Assembly: GCA_038330175.1 (NCBI GenBank)
Contig: JBBQNS010000003.1
Location: forward strand, 283 to 64,282
Length of the DNA stretch: 64,000 bases
Reading direction: 5' to 3'
Source: Kiritimatiellia bacterium
GTDB taxonomy: Bacteria > Verrucomicrobiota > Kiritimatiellia > CAIKKV01 > CAITUY01
Under the pieces are notes generated by a model. The model ran no database searches, was not told the origin of the DNA, and saw nothing but the letters and a program-made list of their open reading frames with translations. This document shows positions 37,242 to 46,990 of the stretch, one piece after another. The translations under genes and the position numbers were made by a program. Every line of letters begins with the position of its first letter. The stretch's first letter is position 1.

Positions 37242-38099
37242 TCAAACCTGAAGCCATTCATTTTTCAAAATTTCACCCTGAAGCCCCACGACAATACATT
37301 TAAGGGGTACTATCCGCTTTGCTTGCTTTACCGCTGCCTGCACCAACCTGAGCAATCCGGAACAGCACGGCACCTGCATGATCATCACCGTCAAAGAATT
37401 GATCTTAGCCTCATCAATGAGCGCCACCACTTTTGAAGAATAAATTTCCTGCTCCGTGTCCAGCTTCGGGCAGGCTATAGCTAAAACTTTTCCTTTGAGA
37501 TAATCCTTATGGAAATCACCCAAAGCAAAAGCGGTGCAATCTGCGGCTAATAAGAAATCTGCTCCCTGGAAATGTGAGGCCGAAGGCGAAATGAGATGAA
37601 GTTGAACCGGCCAATGCGACAATTGAGACGGCCGCACTCCTACGGCAGGTGCCTCATGGGTGTCCTGCCGTTCAAGCGACGAAGCACGCGAGCCTGGGCA
37701 CCCGTCCTGCCCTGCTGTTTCGCCCGAGCGTAAAGGAGTCTCGTCAGCCAAGGGGACGGGCAGTCCTTTTTGATTCAACACGTGAAGAGCCTGCTTGAGA
37801 AACTCATCCTGATGATGATCCTTTAAATGCTTCAGATGAGCTTTGATGGTAGCCGCCCCCTGCAGGATGATGTTTTCCATAACTTTTGCTTCATCGTAAG
37901 GCTCAGCCTCCCGTTCCTCAATGGTAATGGCGCCCTCAGGACAATGGCCAAGACAGGCCCCGAGCCCGTCACATGACAAATCACTAACTAAGCGGGCTTT
38001 CCCGTCCAATATTTGTATGGCGCCCTCAGGACAGTTCGGGAGGCAAAGTCCACACCCCGTACATTTGTTATCGTCGATTTTTATAATTTTTCGTTTCAT
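37242..38099 (-). CDS. 4Fe-4S ferredoxin-domain oxidoreductase
   Basis: CTGCGLCLPNCPEGAI, CDGLGACLGHCP, WPVQL, IACPKLD, MQVPCC. Confidence 0.85.
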   Translation of the reverse strand: MKRKIIKIDDNKCTGCGLCLPNCPEGAIQILDGKARLVSDLSCDGLGACLGHCPEGAITIEEREAEPYDEAKVMENIILQGAATIKAHLKHLKDHHQDEFLKQALHVLNQKGLPVPLADETPLRSGETAGQDGCPGSRASSLERQDTHEAPAVGVRPSQLSHWPVQLHLISPSASHFQGADFLLAADCTAFALGDFHKDYLKGKVLAIACPKLDTEQEIYSSKVVALIDEAKINSLTVMIMQVPCCSGLLRLVQAAVKQAKRIVPLKCIVVGLQGEILKNEWLQV

Positions 38100-38158
38100 T
38101 TGGCTTCCACCTTTCCTCACTATCTAGCTTCACGATAACCTATCAGAAAATATTAACA

Positions 38159-38172
38159 TTGATTCAAATCAA
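38159..38172. promoter_or_regulatory. FNR/Dnr-type (Crp/Fnr family) binding site
   Basis: Perfect TTGAT-TCAA-ATCAA; on the minus strand a TATCGT -10 (38132-38137) lies at class II activator spacing. Confidence 0.7.
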
Positions 38173-38323
38173 GAGAAGGAATTTAAACTCTGGCGTCCCA
38201 CAGGACGCCAAGGATTTTGCCAATCCGGACATGCTTTAGCTTTTATTCGAACCAAGATGTACCGAAATGCGAATTACTGCTTTGAACTTGCGTCAGCCCG
38301 CTGGGTCATATAGAAGCAGTGAC

Positions 38324-38839
38324 ATGAAAGGTTATATTCAAGTTTACACGGGGGACGGCAAATGCAAAACCACGGCGGCCCTCGGCCTTATTATGCGCGC
38401 CGTTGGAGCCGGCCTGCGTGTTTACATCGGCCAATTCATTAAAGGCCGTGATTACAGTGAGATACGGATTCTAAAAGCCCGCTTTCCGGAAGTCACGGTT
38501 GTCCAGTTTGGTGATGGCCGTTTTATCCAAGGCAAACCCGTACAATCTGCAATCTCGGCAGCAACACGAGGCCTGGAAAACCTAAAGCAAGCCATGCACA
38601 GCGGACTCTACGACGTTGTCATTGGAGATGAAGCGAATACGGCTGTAGTTGCCGGGCTATTTACGGAGGCTGACTTGCTAGCCCTCTGTGAAAGCAAGCC
38701 CGATTGTGTCGAACTGGTTTTGACCGGTCGGGGGGCGGGCAAAGATTTGCAAAACCGCGCTGACCTGGTTACAGAAATGAAATGCGTCAAACACTATTAC
38801 GATGCGGGTGTAAAAGGACGCGTCGGCATCGAGTCCTGA
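38324..38839 (+). CDS. cobO: Cob(I)yrinic acid a,c-diamide adenosyltransferase
   Basis: IQVYTGDGKCKTTAALG, QFIKG, DVVIGDE, ELVLTGR, ADLVTEM..VKHYY..G..GR.GIE. Confidence 0.88.
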   Translation: MKGYIQVYTGDGKCKTTAALGLIMRAVGAGLRVYIGQFIKGRDYSEIRILKARFPEVTVVQFGDGRFIQGKPVQSAISAATRGLENLKQAMHSGLYDVVIGDEANTAVVAGLFTEADLLALCESKPDCVELVLTGRGAGKDLQNRADLVTEMKCVKHYYDAGVKGRVGIES

Positions 38840-38870
38840 TGGAACTACCTACTTCGAAAGACACCCCCCT

Positions 38871-40553
38871 ATGAGTGATAAAGATACCATCAAACTAAAA
38901 TTCGACTACGGCGCTACATTGGAATGTTCACCCCGAACCGCACTGAAAGACGTCCTGCCCAGTCCCCTGTCTCCCAATGGCCTCGCCTACATTGCCGCCC
39001 TAGTTAATAACGACACGACGTCCCTCAGCTACCCTGTCGAAATGGATAGCGACATCAAACTCCTCACAATGATCGATCCACAGGGATGGCACGTATATCA
39101 AAGATCCATCGCTTTTCTGCTCGCCAAGACCGTAAAAGAGCTTTTCCCTCTAGCAGCATTCTCGGTTGATTACGCGGTTGGAGAAGGTCTTTTCTGCAAC
39201 TTCGAACCTAAAGCGGGTGAACGTAATGGCGGCATAACACAGGAGCAGGTCAGCGCCATCCGGGACCATCTCAGAATGCTAGTAGATAAGAATATCCCGA
39301 TAGAAAGAAAGAAGATTTCATTCGAAGATGCATCACGCCGGCTAATTGAAGCCCAACAACCCGACAAACTGAACCTGCTTCGCTTCAGAAACCCGCCTCG
39401 AATTGTCATTCATGTTTGCGAGGGGTTCTATGACTTGGCACAGGGAGTTCTGGTCCCCGATACGGGAGCTTTGCAACTGTTCGAACTTATTCATTATTCG
39501 CCTGGTTTCATTCTCCAGCTCCCTGAGGCCGGAAATGGTAAACAAATCGCCCCTTTCCGGGAGTTGCCCCATCTCTCAAGTATTTTCCGTGAGCGAAAAG
39601 GATGGATTCGGACGATGGGAGTAGGAACCGTCGGACGACTTAATGAAATTATAGTGAATGGGGACATCAGTGACTTCATTAAGGTGGCCGAAGCCTTGCA
39701 CGAAAAGAATGTGGCCCGGATAGCGGATGAAATTTTGCGTCGTCGAGGAACCGTTAGGATCATTCTAGTTGCAGGCCCCTCATCGTCAGGTAAAACTACT
39801 TTTGCCAAAAGGCTGGCAATCCAGTTGCGCGTTAACTGTTTCCGGATTTCAACCATCTCATTGGATAACTACTTTCATGAACATGCCCAAACCCCCCGCG
39901 ATGAAAACGGCAATCCGGACTTCGAGCACATCAATGCTCTGGATCTAGAGCTTTTCAACCGGGATATGGCCCAAATTGTCAAAGGCGAGGAAGTAGAACT
40001 GCCGGAGTTTAATTTTGAAACTAAACGGCGCGAGTACAACGGTAAAAGAATTAAACTCGAAAAAGACGATATCCTGATCATCGAAGGCATTCATGGCCTC
40101 AACCCGATACTAACCGAGATGGTTCCCGAATCCGCCAAGTTTAGAATTTACGTTAGTGCGTTAACGCAACTCAGCCTTGATGCCAATAATCGAATCTCCA
40201 CAACCGACAACCGCTTAATCCGCCGCATGGTGAGAGATCACAAATACCGGGCTCACTCCGCCCTCACAACCCTCCGCATGTGGGACTCCGTTCGCAAGGG
40301 CGAAAAACAATGGATATTCCCCTATCAAGAAAATGCCGATGCGACCTTCAACTCCGCACTCGACTATGAACTGGCGGTTCTCAAACCCATCGCTGAGCCC
40401 CTTTTAATGGAAGTTAAACCGTTTGACCCTGAATATGCAGAGGCCCGGCGGCTTACCGCCTTCCTTATCAATTTTATTGGCGTTTCGGATCGCGAAGTGC
40501 CCAATACCTCAATGCTTCGCGAGTACATCGGGCGCAGTGCATTCAAATACTAA
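38871..40553 (+). CDS. Nucleoside/uridine kinase with ThrRS-like N-terminal domain
   Basis: AGPSSSGKTTF P-loop, ISLDNYF, IEGIHGLNP, DNRLIRRMVRD. Confidence 0.85.
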   Translation: MSDKDTIKLKFDYGATLECSPRTALKDVLPSPLSPNGLAYIAALVNNDTTSLSYPVEMDSDIKLLTMIDPQGWHVYQRSIAFLLAKTVKELFPLAAFSVDYAVGEGLFCNFEPKAGERNGGITQEQVSAIRDHLRMLVDKNIPIERKKISFEDASRRLIEAQQPDKLNLLRFRNPPRIVIHVCEGFYDLAQGVLVPDTGALQLFELIHYSPGFILQLPEAGNGKQIAPFRELPHLSSIFRERKGWIRTMGVGTVGRLNEIIVNGDISDFIKVAEALHEKNVARIADEILRRRGTVRIILVAGPSSSGKTTFAKRLAIQLRVNCFRISTISLDNYFHEHAQTPRDENGNPDFEHINALDLELFNRDMAQIVKGEEVELPEFNFETKRREYNGKRIKLEKDDILIIEGIHGLNPILTEMVPESAKFRIYVSALTQLSLDANNRISTTDNRLIRRMVRDHKYRAHSALTTLRMWDSVRKGEKQWIFPYQENADATFNSALDYELAVLKPIAEPLLMEVKPFDPEYAEARRLTAFLINFIGVSDREVPNTSMLREYIGRSAFKY

Positions 40554-40647
40554 CGCACCGGCTCCCTTCCGCAAAACCAACTACTAAAAACTATTTTAAA
40601 TTAAATATAGTATTGATTGTTAGTTAAACATCCGGCAATCATACTGC

Positions 40648-42105
40648 ATGTCATCGCACTACAGTTTTGATTTTACAAGAAGTTGCCAGTATCAGGCTCT
40701 AACACTTCCGGCCTCCTCCTGCGTAAGAGACGGCTCCTTACCAGTATCTTTTCCCTGGTCGGAACGGCATCTTCGATGCGTGTGGGCCGACAATTCGCTC
40801 CGCCCCCCCGCTTTAACGAGCATGGATGGGCGTGCCATTACCGTGCTCAATCCAGGACGGTGGAATCTGGAGGCCGGACCAGATTTTCTTGATGCCATTC
40901 TTAATATCGGGCCAGATCAATGCACGCTCCGGGGCGACATTGAACTTCACATTCGCCCATTAGACTGGCGTTACCATAAACATGCAATGGACGTGCGTTA
41001 CAAAAACGTTATTGCTCACGTGACCTATTTTGAAGGCATGCTCGCTGCCACGGATATGCCCGCCTCCGTTCTTCAAATACCATTACGCACCGCCCTCCAT
41101 TCGACACCCTCTTTCTCTTTTGAGGGTCTTGATTTATTGGCCTATCCCTTTGCATCCCTTGCACCGCTGCCGCCCTGCGCAGAAATCCTGAAAGGCTGGA
41201 AGCCTGAGCAACGCGAATCTTTGCTTGATTCTGCCGGCGAGGAACGTTTAAGAATTAAAACGGCACGAATGGAAAAGAACATCGCAGAGAAGGGAAAGGA
41301 ACAAACTCTCTACGAAGAGTTTATGGGAGCATTGGGCTATAAACATAACCGATTACCCTTTCTTCGACTTGCCCAAATCATTCCTCTGGAGCGCTTGAGG
41401 CAGGATACGAACAACTCTCCGCTGCATGCCTATGCCTTATTTATGGGGATAGGCGGATTATTACCGCTTAAAACAAATCCATTATGGGATCCTGAAACAA
41501 AGGCCTTTATTCGGGTATTGTGGGACTTCTGGTGGAAACATCAGGCCGAGTGGCATGATCAAGTGTTGAGCCGTGAGGTCTGGACGCTCTCTGGTTTGCG
41601 CCCCGCGAACAACCCCCTTCGCCGCCTCATGGCCGCAGCGCAACTTTTTACGCACCAGCCCGGTTATGCCGACTTATTTGTGCCCGATAAAGCAACACCG
41701 CCAGAAGCGTTATGCCGGTCCTGGCTATCCCACATTCAACTACAGGGCGAGGAGAACTATTGGACTTGGCGGGGTAGCTTTTCACGACCTCGGCATTCCC
41801 ACCCGGAAACCCTCGTCGGGCCAGGACGGGCAGCGACTCTTTTCAACAACGTCTTAATCCCTTGGTGGGCTGCCACACAAGCTATTCAAATCAACTCGAC
41901 CCTGCTCAACACACTCCCCCCGGAGGATCCCAACCGATACGTGAAGCACACGGCCCACGCCCTCTTCGGACATGATCACTCTCCTGCACTTTATAATTCA
42001 GGATTACGACAACAAGGCCTTCTCCAAATTTTCCATGATTTTTGCTTAAGCAGCAGAAATGGGTGTTCAGGCTGCCAACTCCCCACCGCGCTAATGAGCA
42101 AGTGA
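40648..42105 (+). CDS. DUF2851 family protein
   Basis: PGRWNLEAGPDFLDA, GDIELH, HVTY, QQGLLQIFHDFC...C..C. Confidence 0.8.
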   Translation: MSSHYSFDFTRSCQYQALTLPASSCVRDGSLPVSFPWSERHLRCVWADNSLRPPALTSMDGRAITVLNPGRWNLEAGPDFLDAILNIGPDQCTLRGDIELHIRPLDWRYHKHAMDVRYKNVIAHVTYFEGMLAATDMPASVLQIPLRTALHSTPSFSFEGLDLLAYPFASLAPLPPCAEILKGWKPEQRESLLDSAGEERLRIKTARMEKNIAEKGKEQTLYEEFMGALGYKHNRLPFLRLAQIIPLERLRQDTNNSPLHAYALFMGIGGLLPLKTNPLWDPETKAFIRVLWDFWWKHQAEWHDQVLSREVWTLSGLRPANNPLRRLMAAAQLFTHQPGYADLFVPDKATPPEALCRSWLSHIQLQGEENYWTWRGSFSRPRHSHPETLVGPGRAATLFNNVLIPWWAATQAIQINSTLLNTLPPEDPNRYVKHTAHALFGHDHSPALYNSGLRQQGLLQIFHDFCLSSRNGCSGCQLPTALMSK

Positions 42106-42141
42106 AAACTAGTGCAAGATTGCTTCAGCAGCGGAAAAGGA

Positions 42142-42840
42142 TCACCAGAACTGGTATGATCCCGTAGCAAGGACATATAATCCCAGAAGAAAATTAGTGG
42201 TCACATGCGCCGAGGCAACGCCCGCGATATCGCCATTGCGACGATAGAGCCAACCATAGGCCAGCCCAGCCATCACTCCAACCAGCCAACGGCTATGTTC
42301 GAACCCAAACAATAATGCTGATAGAAAAACAAGTGCCCAGCCCACTTTTTTAGCATCGACTTCCCAAAAGTCGATTTTCACCAACCAACGCATTAAAAAG
42401 CCGCGCCAGAAAAATTCCTCAATAACAGCAATCACAAATGCTGACGAACTGAATTTAACCAGTGAAAGGAGCCAGCCACAATGCTCGGGGGCATATAAAT
42501 ATCCGTTTCCCGCCGAACTGCCACGAATGAAGTATCGCACATAGAACTCATTCACCCCTTTGAACTGAAGAATCCATTGAGTTTCAGGCAAAATCCAGAA
42601 TCCAGCGACTCCAAACCCGACAGCTAAACTCAGGGGAAACGAACGAAGATTTGGAATTGAATAATACTGCCACGGTTTTAACGCAAGGAGTGCTACCAAA
42701 CTCGCGCCTCCCTGAAGTGCATATCGAAGAGCCGTATTACTCATCGGTATACTCATAATCCCGATCCATATTAAAAACGGAATGATGTGACGGGCGATCG
42801 CCCATTTCGCATCCTTTTGATTGCTCAGCAGGGTACTCAT
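42142..42840 (-). CDS. CPBP/CAAX prenyl protease-related intramembrane protease (exosortase-associated type)
   Basis: EEFFWRGFL, FGFEH, AHVTTNFLLG. Confidence 0.85.
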   Translation of the reverse strand: MSTLLSNQKDAKWAIARHIIPFLIWIGIMSIPMSNTALRYALQGGASLVALLALKPWQYYSIPNLRSFPLSLAVGFGVAGFWILPETQWILQFKGVNEFYVRYFIRGSSAGNGYLYAPEHCGWLLSLVKFSSSAFVIAVIEEFFWRGFLMRWLVKIDFWEVDAKKVGWALVFLSALLFGFEHSRWLVGVMAGLAYGWLYRRNGDIAGVASAHVTTNFLLGLYVLATGSYQFW

Positions 42841-45800
42841 TGTTTGTTACGGAATGATGACGAGCTCACCGTACGACACGCCTGAAGAACTTCGCCTACC
42901 CCAATCTGCGCCATGCAAGCAATCGTCCGGCAATATTTGTGGTAACCAAAAATAAAACAGGGGGCACATGCGAGCGCTTTCCGGACTACAGCAACCCGGT
43001 CACTTTCCCGACACCATTTTTTAGCGTCACTGGGACCGAACATTACCACCGAAGGCACGTCAAACGCAGACGCAAGATGAGCAAGGCCGGAGTCCCCACC
43101 CACAAATAGAGCCGCTTGAGAAAGAAGGATCGCTGTCTGGAAAATGGTTAAGCGGCCAGCTAACACAACAACTTTGTCTTGCAACCCGCATTGTTCCGCA
43201 ATTTTGTTGGCTAGGCGCTCCTCTCCACGGCCACCCACAAGCCCTATTACATTTTCAGGGTTCTTGCACAGCCCCTGCACTAAACCCACGAAGTTTGGGA
43301 GAGCCCAAGTTTTGTGCCGTATGGAGGCCCCTACATGAACAAGGATCAACCGCTTGGAACTTATCTTTAATTTCATATGCCATTCTTCGAAATCATCGGG
43401 CAAATTACCCACTGGGCGCACTAGGCAACCAGCGGCCTGCGCCGAACAGGAAATACCGAATGGTTCCAACAACTTCATGAATTCACCCGCCTCGTATCCC
43501 TCCAAATCATAGGTAATGAGGTGGGTATATAGAGGGTTCCGCCCGGGATTGATTTTGTAACCGATCCTGATTGAGGCTCGACTCAAAAGCGCCATAACAG
43601 CTGAAAAAAAATGGAACTGTTCGGAATCAATCGCCACGTCATGGCCACCCGCCCCTAAACGCCATAGCAGACGGAAAGGGTTAGCATCATAAGTGAACAC
43701 ATTTACTGGGAATGCGGCAAGCTTGAGAATAGCCTCATTGCGCCGCTCACATATAAGATCAATCACGGCATGGGGATAGTGCTCGTGAAGCGCTTTTAGC
43801 ATGGGTTGCAGCAGAATCATATCGCCCAATCCGCCCGGGCGAATTACCAATATCCGCCTGATATCTTCTGGTCGAAACTCACTAAATGCGGACTCGCGAT
43901 GGAATAAATATAAAAGATGACCACCAACCCAGCACAGGAGCATTCCTAGCGTCGCGTCCAAAATCTTTAAGAGGCGGACACTCATATCAGAAAAATTCCT
44001 TTTTTTTCTTTTCCACAGTATCAATACGCCAAAAACACAGCATCCCAGCGTGGTGATCACATATCCTACGACATCACTCCAGGTTGTTCCATAATAGAGT
44101 TCCACCTCTGACCGCTCGGGGAAAACACACATAAATCCCGGTGAAATACAATACACTTGCCTGGCCCCGCGAACTTTCCAATTCGGAAACCAGGTCATTT
44201 TGATGATGTGGGGAAGGCCCAATGCCGTTGTACGGAATTGTATCCGACTGTCGGACACAAATTCGTCACTAATGCATTGCGTGCCAGCTTGGGGCAAAAG
44301 CCGCCCCGCCAAGCTAGCCCCCACAGAGTTAGTGTGGCGCATCTCTTCCAGCACCTTCAACGCCCAGCCCTCTTTGAAAGTGGCAAGTTCTGGATGATCG
44401 ATTGTCATTCCTGGCATTTTCCAAAGCAAGAATTGGTCAAGCGCCTGCGGGGTATATAGCCATTCCAAAGAACATTCTTTCCATCTGGAGGTCTCCACCA
44501 CGCCGGGGAGACGGGGCGGGATAAACACATAACGTCCTTCATGGCTCATCAACTCATAGAGCGTCCACTCATCTTCGCGTCCAATGAAACGCCATTCCTT
44601 CATGGACTGCAGGGCCTGCTTGGCGATAGAACTGCGGGCAATAAACTGTTTCACATTGAATAATTCCAAATGTTTGGTCGCCCGCGAAAAGTCAAAGGTT
44701 GTCGGCGTAACAATAGGGGGAAATCCTGCACACGACGGCGACGTTTCCCCCTGTACATAATAGGCATACATGGACCCTAGGGCAGAATTAACCAATCCCC
44801 CCTCCAAGATCGGCTTACCGATTAAATAGGGGACAAGCTCAAAAACACGACTCGAGCCTAATTGATTATTCTCCTCGCAAAGATCGTTGGCCAGGCGTCC
44901 GGGAGACCCTTTCAGAAGCGGCATCCATTTTTTAAACACCGAGGCAGAGGGTTTGGATTCCAACCCTGAAAAATTCCATTTCGCCCAGGACTGGGTTAAC
45001 CCCGGACCGTATAACCCTCCCACCGAATCACTCATCGCAACGGCAATCAGAATCGCCGGGACCAGAAGTCCTACTACCACACGCCACCTTATGATCTTTT
45101 CAAATAAAATTCCGCCCCCCACTGCGGCAAGCGCCATCAGGGCAAAGAATATAAAGGGCCACAGACGCACATTGACAAATACGGGAGAAAGACAATATCC
45201 GAACTCAAATAACCCCACACTCACCACGCCCATCCAGGCAAAAAGCCACACCACCGGCAAAGGGCGGCGGATCCCCACAACCAGCGCTACTCCGGCAAAG
45301 ACCAACGCTCCCGTTGCATAGGCCGGAAATGATCGGACTAATGACAGATCCCAATTCGCGCCAAAGTCCATACTGAACTTCGATTTGGCAATGAGAGGAA
45401 TGAGCCACCATCCCATGATCATCACCGCCAGGGCAAATTCACCGCCCACGACCAAGGCGCCACGACCAAGCCTAGTTAAACGCCTGCCCTGCACGCCTGC
45501 ATTCAAAACCATCACTATGGGCAACACTGCCAACGAGACAAACATGATCACAGAGGTAAAGAAATGGGACGCCAACACCAGCACAAATAACACAATAGTT
45601 CGACCCCTGATTTTTTCCTCTGAGATGTCACGCATCCCCAGCGCCAGTGCAGGCAGCATCAGGGCAAAACTCCAGCTATTGGCAATCATCCCCGCCAGAG
45701 TGCTGGCGGTGTTGACGCCCCACATGGTGTGCGACTGGACAAACAGAAAAGGAACCATGGCCACTGCCAGCAAAATCGATCCAGCCCCTGGCAAGTACCA

Positions 45801-46979
45801 CTCTCGAGCCGCCCAATAGGCGCAAAGAGGCGTGAACACCAAGCCTGCGACACTCACACACTTGAAGGCTATATTAAGTGGGATAATGAGGCTCAATGAG
45901 GCTGCCGCAATATAGGGAAGCGCAAAATAATACTGGTACATGGGAAATCCACACCACCACCCGCCTGCCCAGGAAATGACACGTCCATGCTGGAATAATT
46001 GCTCCTTCAGATGACTTACCAGATAGAGATGAGCCGGAGTATCCCCCCCCACAGGCGTCGTATTCAGAAACACATCAAAAGGTGATAATTGCCAGCCTAC
46101 AAAAAGGCTGATAGCCGTTAAAATCGCCGCATCAAAAAGCCCACCTGGAGCGGCTACCGTATGCCCCTGTTTCCGCTGCAGGAAAATCCACAACATCAGT
46201 CCTATCACCAGGGTAATCGATAACCCACCCCAAAAACCATACGATTGGCCAATCCATTTGATCTCAACGACTGTTATGGTTCCAGGCTCCGTTGCATAGC
46301 GCACAACCCCGTTTGACGTACGCTCTACCGATACATAAACCGTATACGTCCCCCCTGGGACAGCGCCATGATTGGTGAGTTCGAAGGTTTCAACACGTTG
46401 CGAATCGGGCTCCAATAACAGTTTTCGTTCTTGGAATTTACAGGACAGCTCATCAGGCAGAATCAGCCGCACATTTACCTCAGACGGTTCATCCTGCAGC
46501 AGGGTCATTTGAAGGAATAGTTGTCCCGTCCTACCTATCGACGCCGGAGCAAGCCTTGTTAAAACCCAGGGAGTCTCATTTGACTGGCCTTCAGGGGGTG
46601 AGGCCAACACGAGCGAGGAAAAGGTAGTCCCATTATCATGGGCATAATGGGTCCGAATAACCGCCGGCTGTCCATCAAACCTAAACGGGAGAGCCGGAAA
46701 GGATAATTTTACCTCGGCCTGTTCTCCAGGAATCAGTGACTTCCCGGGAAACGCTTTTGACGTGAGCCCTTGCAAGCGAGCATCAACTGACAGGATTTTG
46801 TAAGGCTCATCACCCGGATTGGTGAATTGGATAATTGCGACAGGAGCCCCTTCGACAAGTTCAATATGGGCCTGCGGGGTTAATCTGATCACTCCCGCCT
46901 GCACGAGCAACGGCACCACCATGATCCAGCCGGCAAGTAAAATCCGCCAAGCCTTCACCATATAAACCGCCGCTCCCAT
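42837..46979 (-). CDS. Fused protein: exported Ig-like region, PTPS-related/YfhO-like GT-C membrane glycosyltransferase, and C-terminal GT9 (heptosyltransferase-like)
   Basis: GGDTPAH...GWWCGFPMYQYY and many TMs; after ~43985 IRPGGLGDMIL, HVGAS, GGDSGLAHLA, VMFGPS. Confidence 0.8.
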   Translation of the reverse strand: MGAAVYMVKAWRILLAGWIMVVPLLVQAGVIRLTPQAHIELVEGAPVAIIQFTNPGDEPYKILSVDARLQGLTSKAFPGKSLIPGEQAEVKLSFPALPFRFDGQPAVIRTHYAHDNGTTFSSLVLASPPEGQSNETPWVLTRLAPASIGRTGQLFLQMTLLQDEPSEVNVRLILPDELSCKFQERKLLLEPDSQRVETFELTNHGAVPGGTYTVYVSVERTSNGVVRYATEPGTITVVEIKWIGQSYGFWGGLSITLVIGLMLWIFLQRKQGHTVAAPGGLFDAAILTAISLFVGWQLSPFDVFLNTTPVGGDTPAHLYLVSHLKEQLFQHGRVISWAGGWWCGFPMYQYYFALPYIAAASLSLIIPLNIAFKCVSVAGLVFTPLCAYWAAREWYLPGAGSILLAVAMVPFLFVQSHTMWGVNTASTLAGMIANSWSFALMLPALALGMRDISEEKIRGRTIVLFVLVLASHFFTSVIMFVSLAVLPIVMVLNAGVQGRRLTRLGRGALVVGGEFALAVMIMGWWLIPLIAKSKFSMDFGANWDLSLVRSFPAYATGALVFAGVALVVGIRRPLPVVWLFAWMGVVSVGLFEFGYCLSPVFVNVRLWPFIFFALMALAAVGGGILFEKIIRWRVVVGLLVPAILIAVAMSDSVGGLYGPGLTQSWAKWNFSGLESKPSASVFKKWMPLLKGSPGRLANDLCEENNQLGSSRVFELVPYLIGKPILEGGLVNSALGSMYAYYVQGETSPSCAGFPPIVTPTTFDFSRATKHLELFNVKQFIARSSIAKQALQSMKEWRFIGREDEWTLYELMSHEGRYVFIPPRLPGVVETSRWKECSLEWLYTPQALDQFLLWKMPGMTIDHPELATFKEGWALKVLEEMRHTNSVGASLAGRLLPQAGTQCISDEFVSDSRIQFRTTALGLPHIIKMTWFPNWKVRGARQVYCISPGFMCVFPERSEVELYYGTTWSDVVGYVITTLGCCVFGVLILWKRKKRNFSDMSVRLLKILDATLGMLLCWVGGHLLYLFHRESAFSEFRPEDIRRILVIRPGGLGDMILLQPMLKALHEHYPHAVIDLICERRNEAILKLAAFPVNVFTYDANPFRLLWRLGAGGHDVAIDSEQFHFFSAVMALLSRASIRIGYKINPGRNPLYTHLITYDLEGYEAGEFMKLLEPFGISCSAQAAGCLVRPVGNLPDDFEEWHMKLKISSKRLILVHVGASIRHKTWALPNFVGLVQGLCKNPENVIGLVGGRGEERLANKIAEQCGLQDKVVVLAGRLTIFQTAILLSQAALFVGGDSGLAHLASAFDVPSVVMFGPSDAKKWCRESDRVAVVRKALACAPCFIFGYHKYCRTIACMAQIGVGEVLQACRTVSSSSFRNKQ

Positions 46980-46990
46980 CCGGGTATAAA

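Noticed and set aside
38175-38323. Cobalamin riboswitch upstream of cobO
   Set aside because: No B12-box or conserved core seen; only a small TGGCGTCC/GGACGCCA hairpin.
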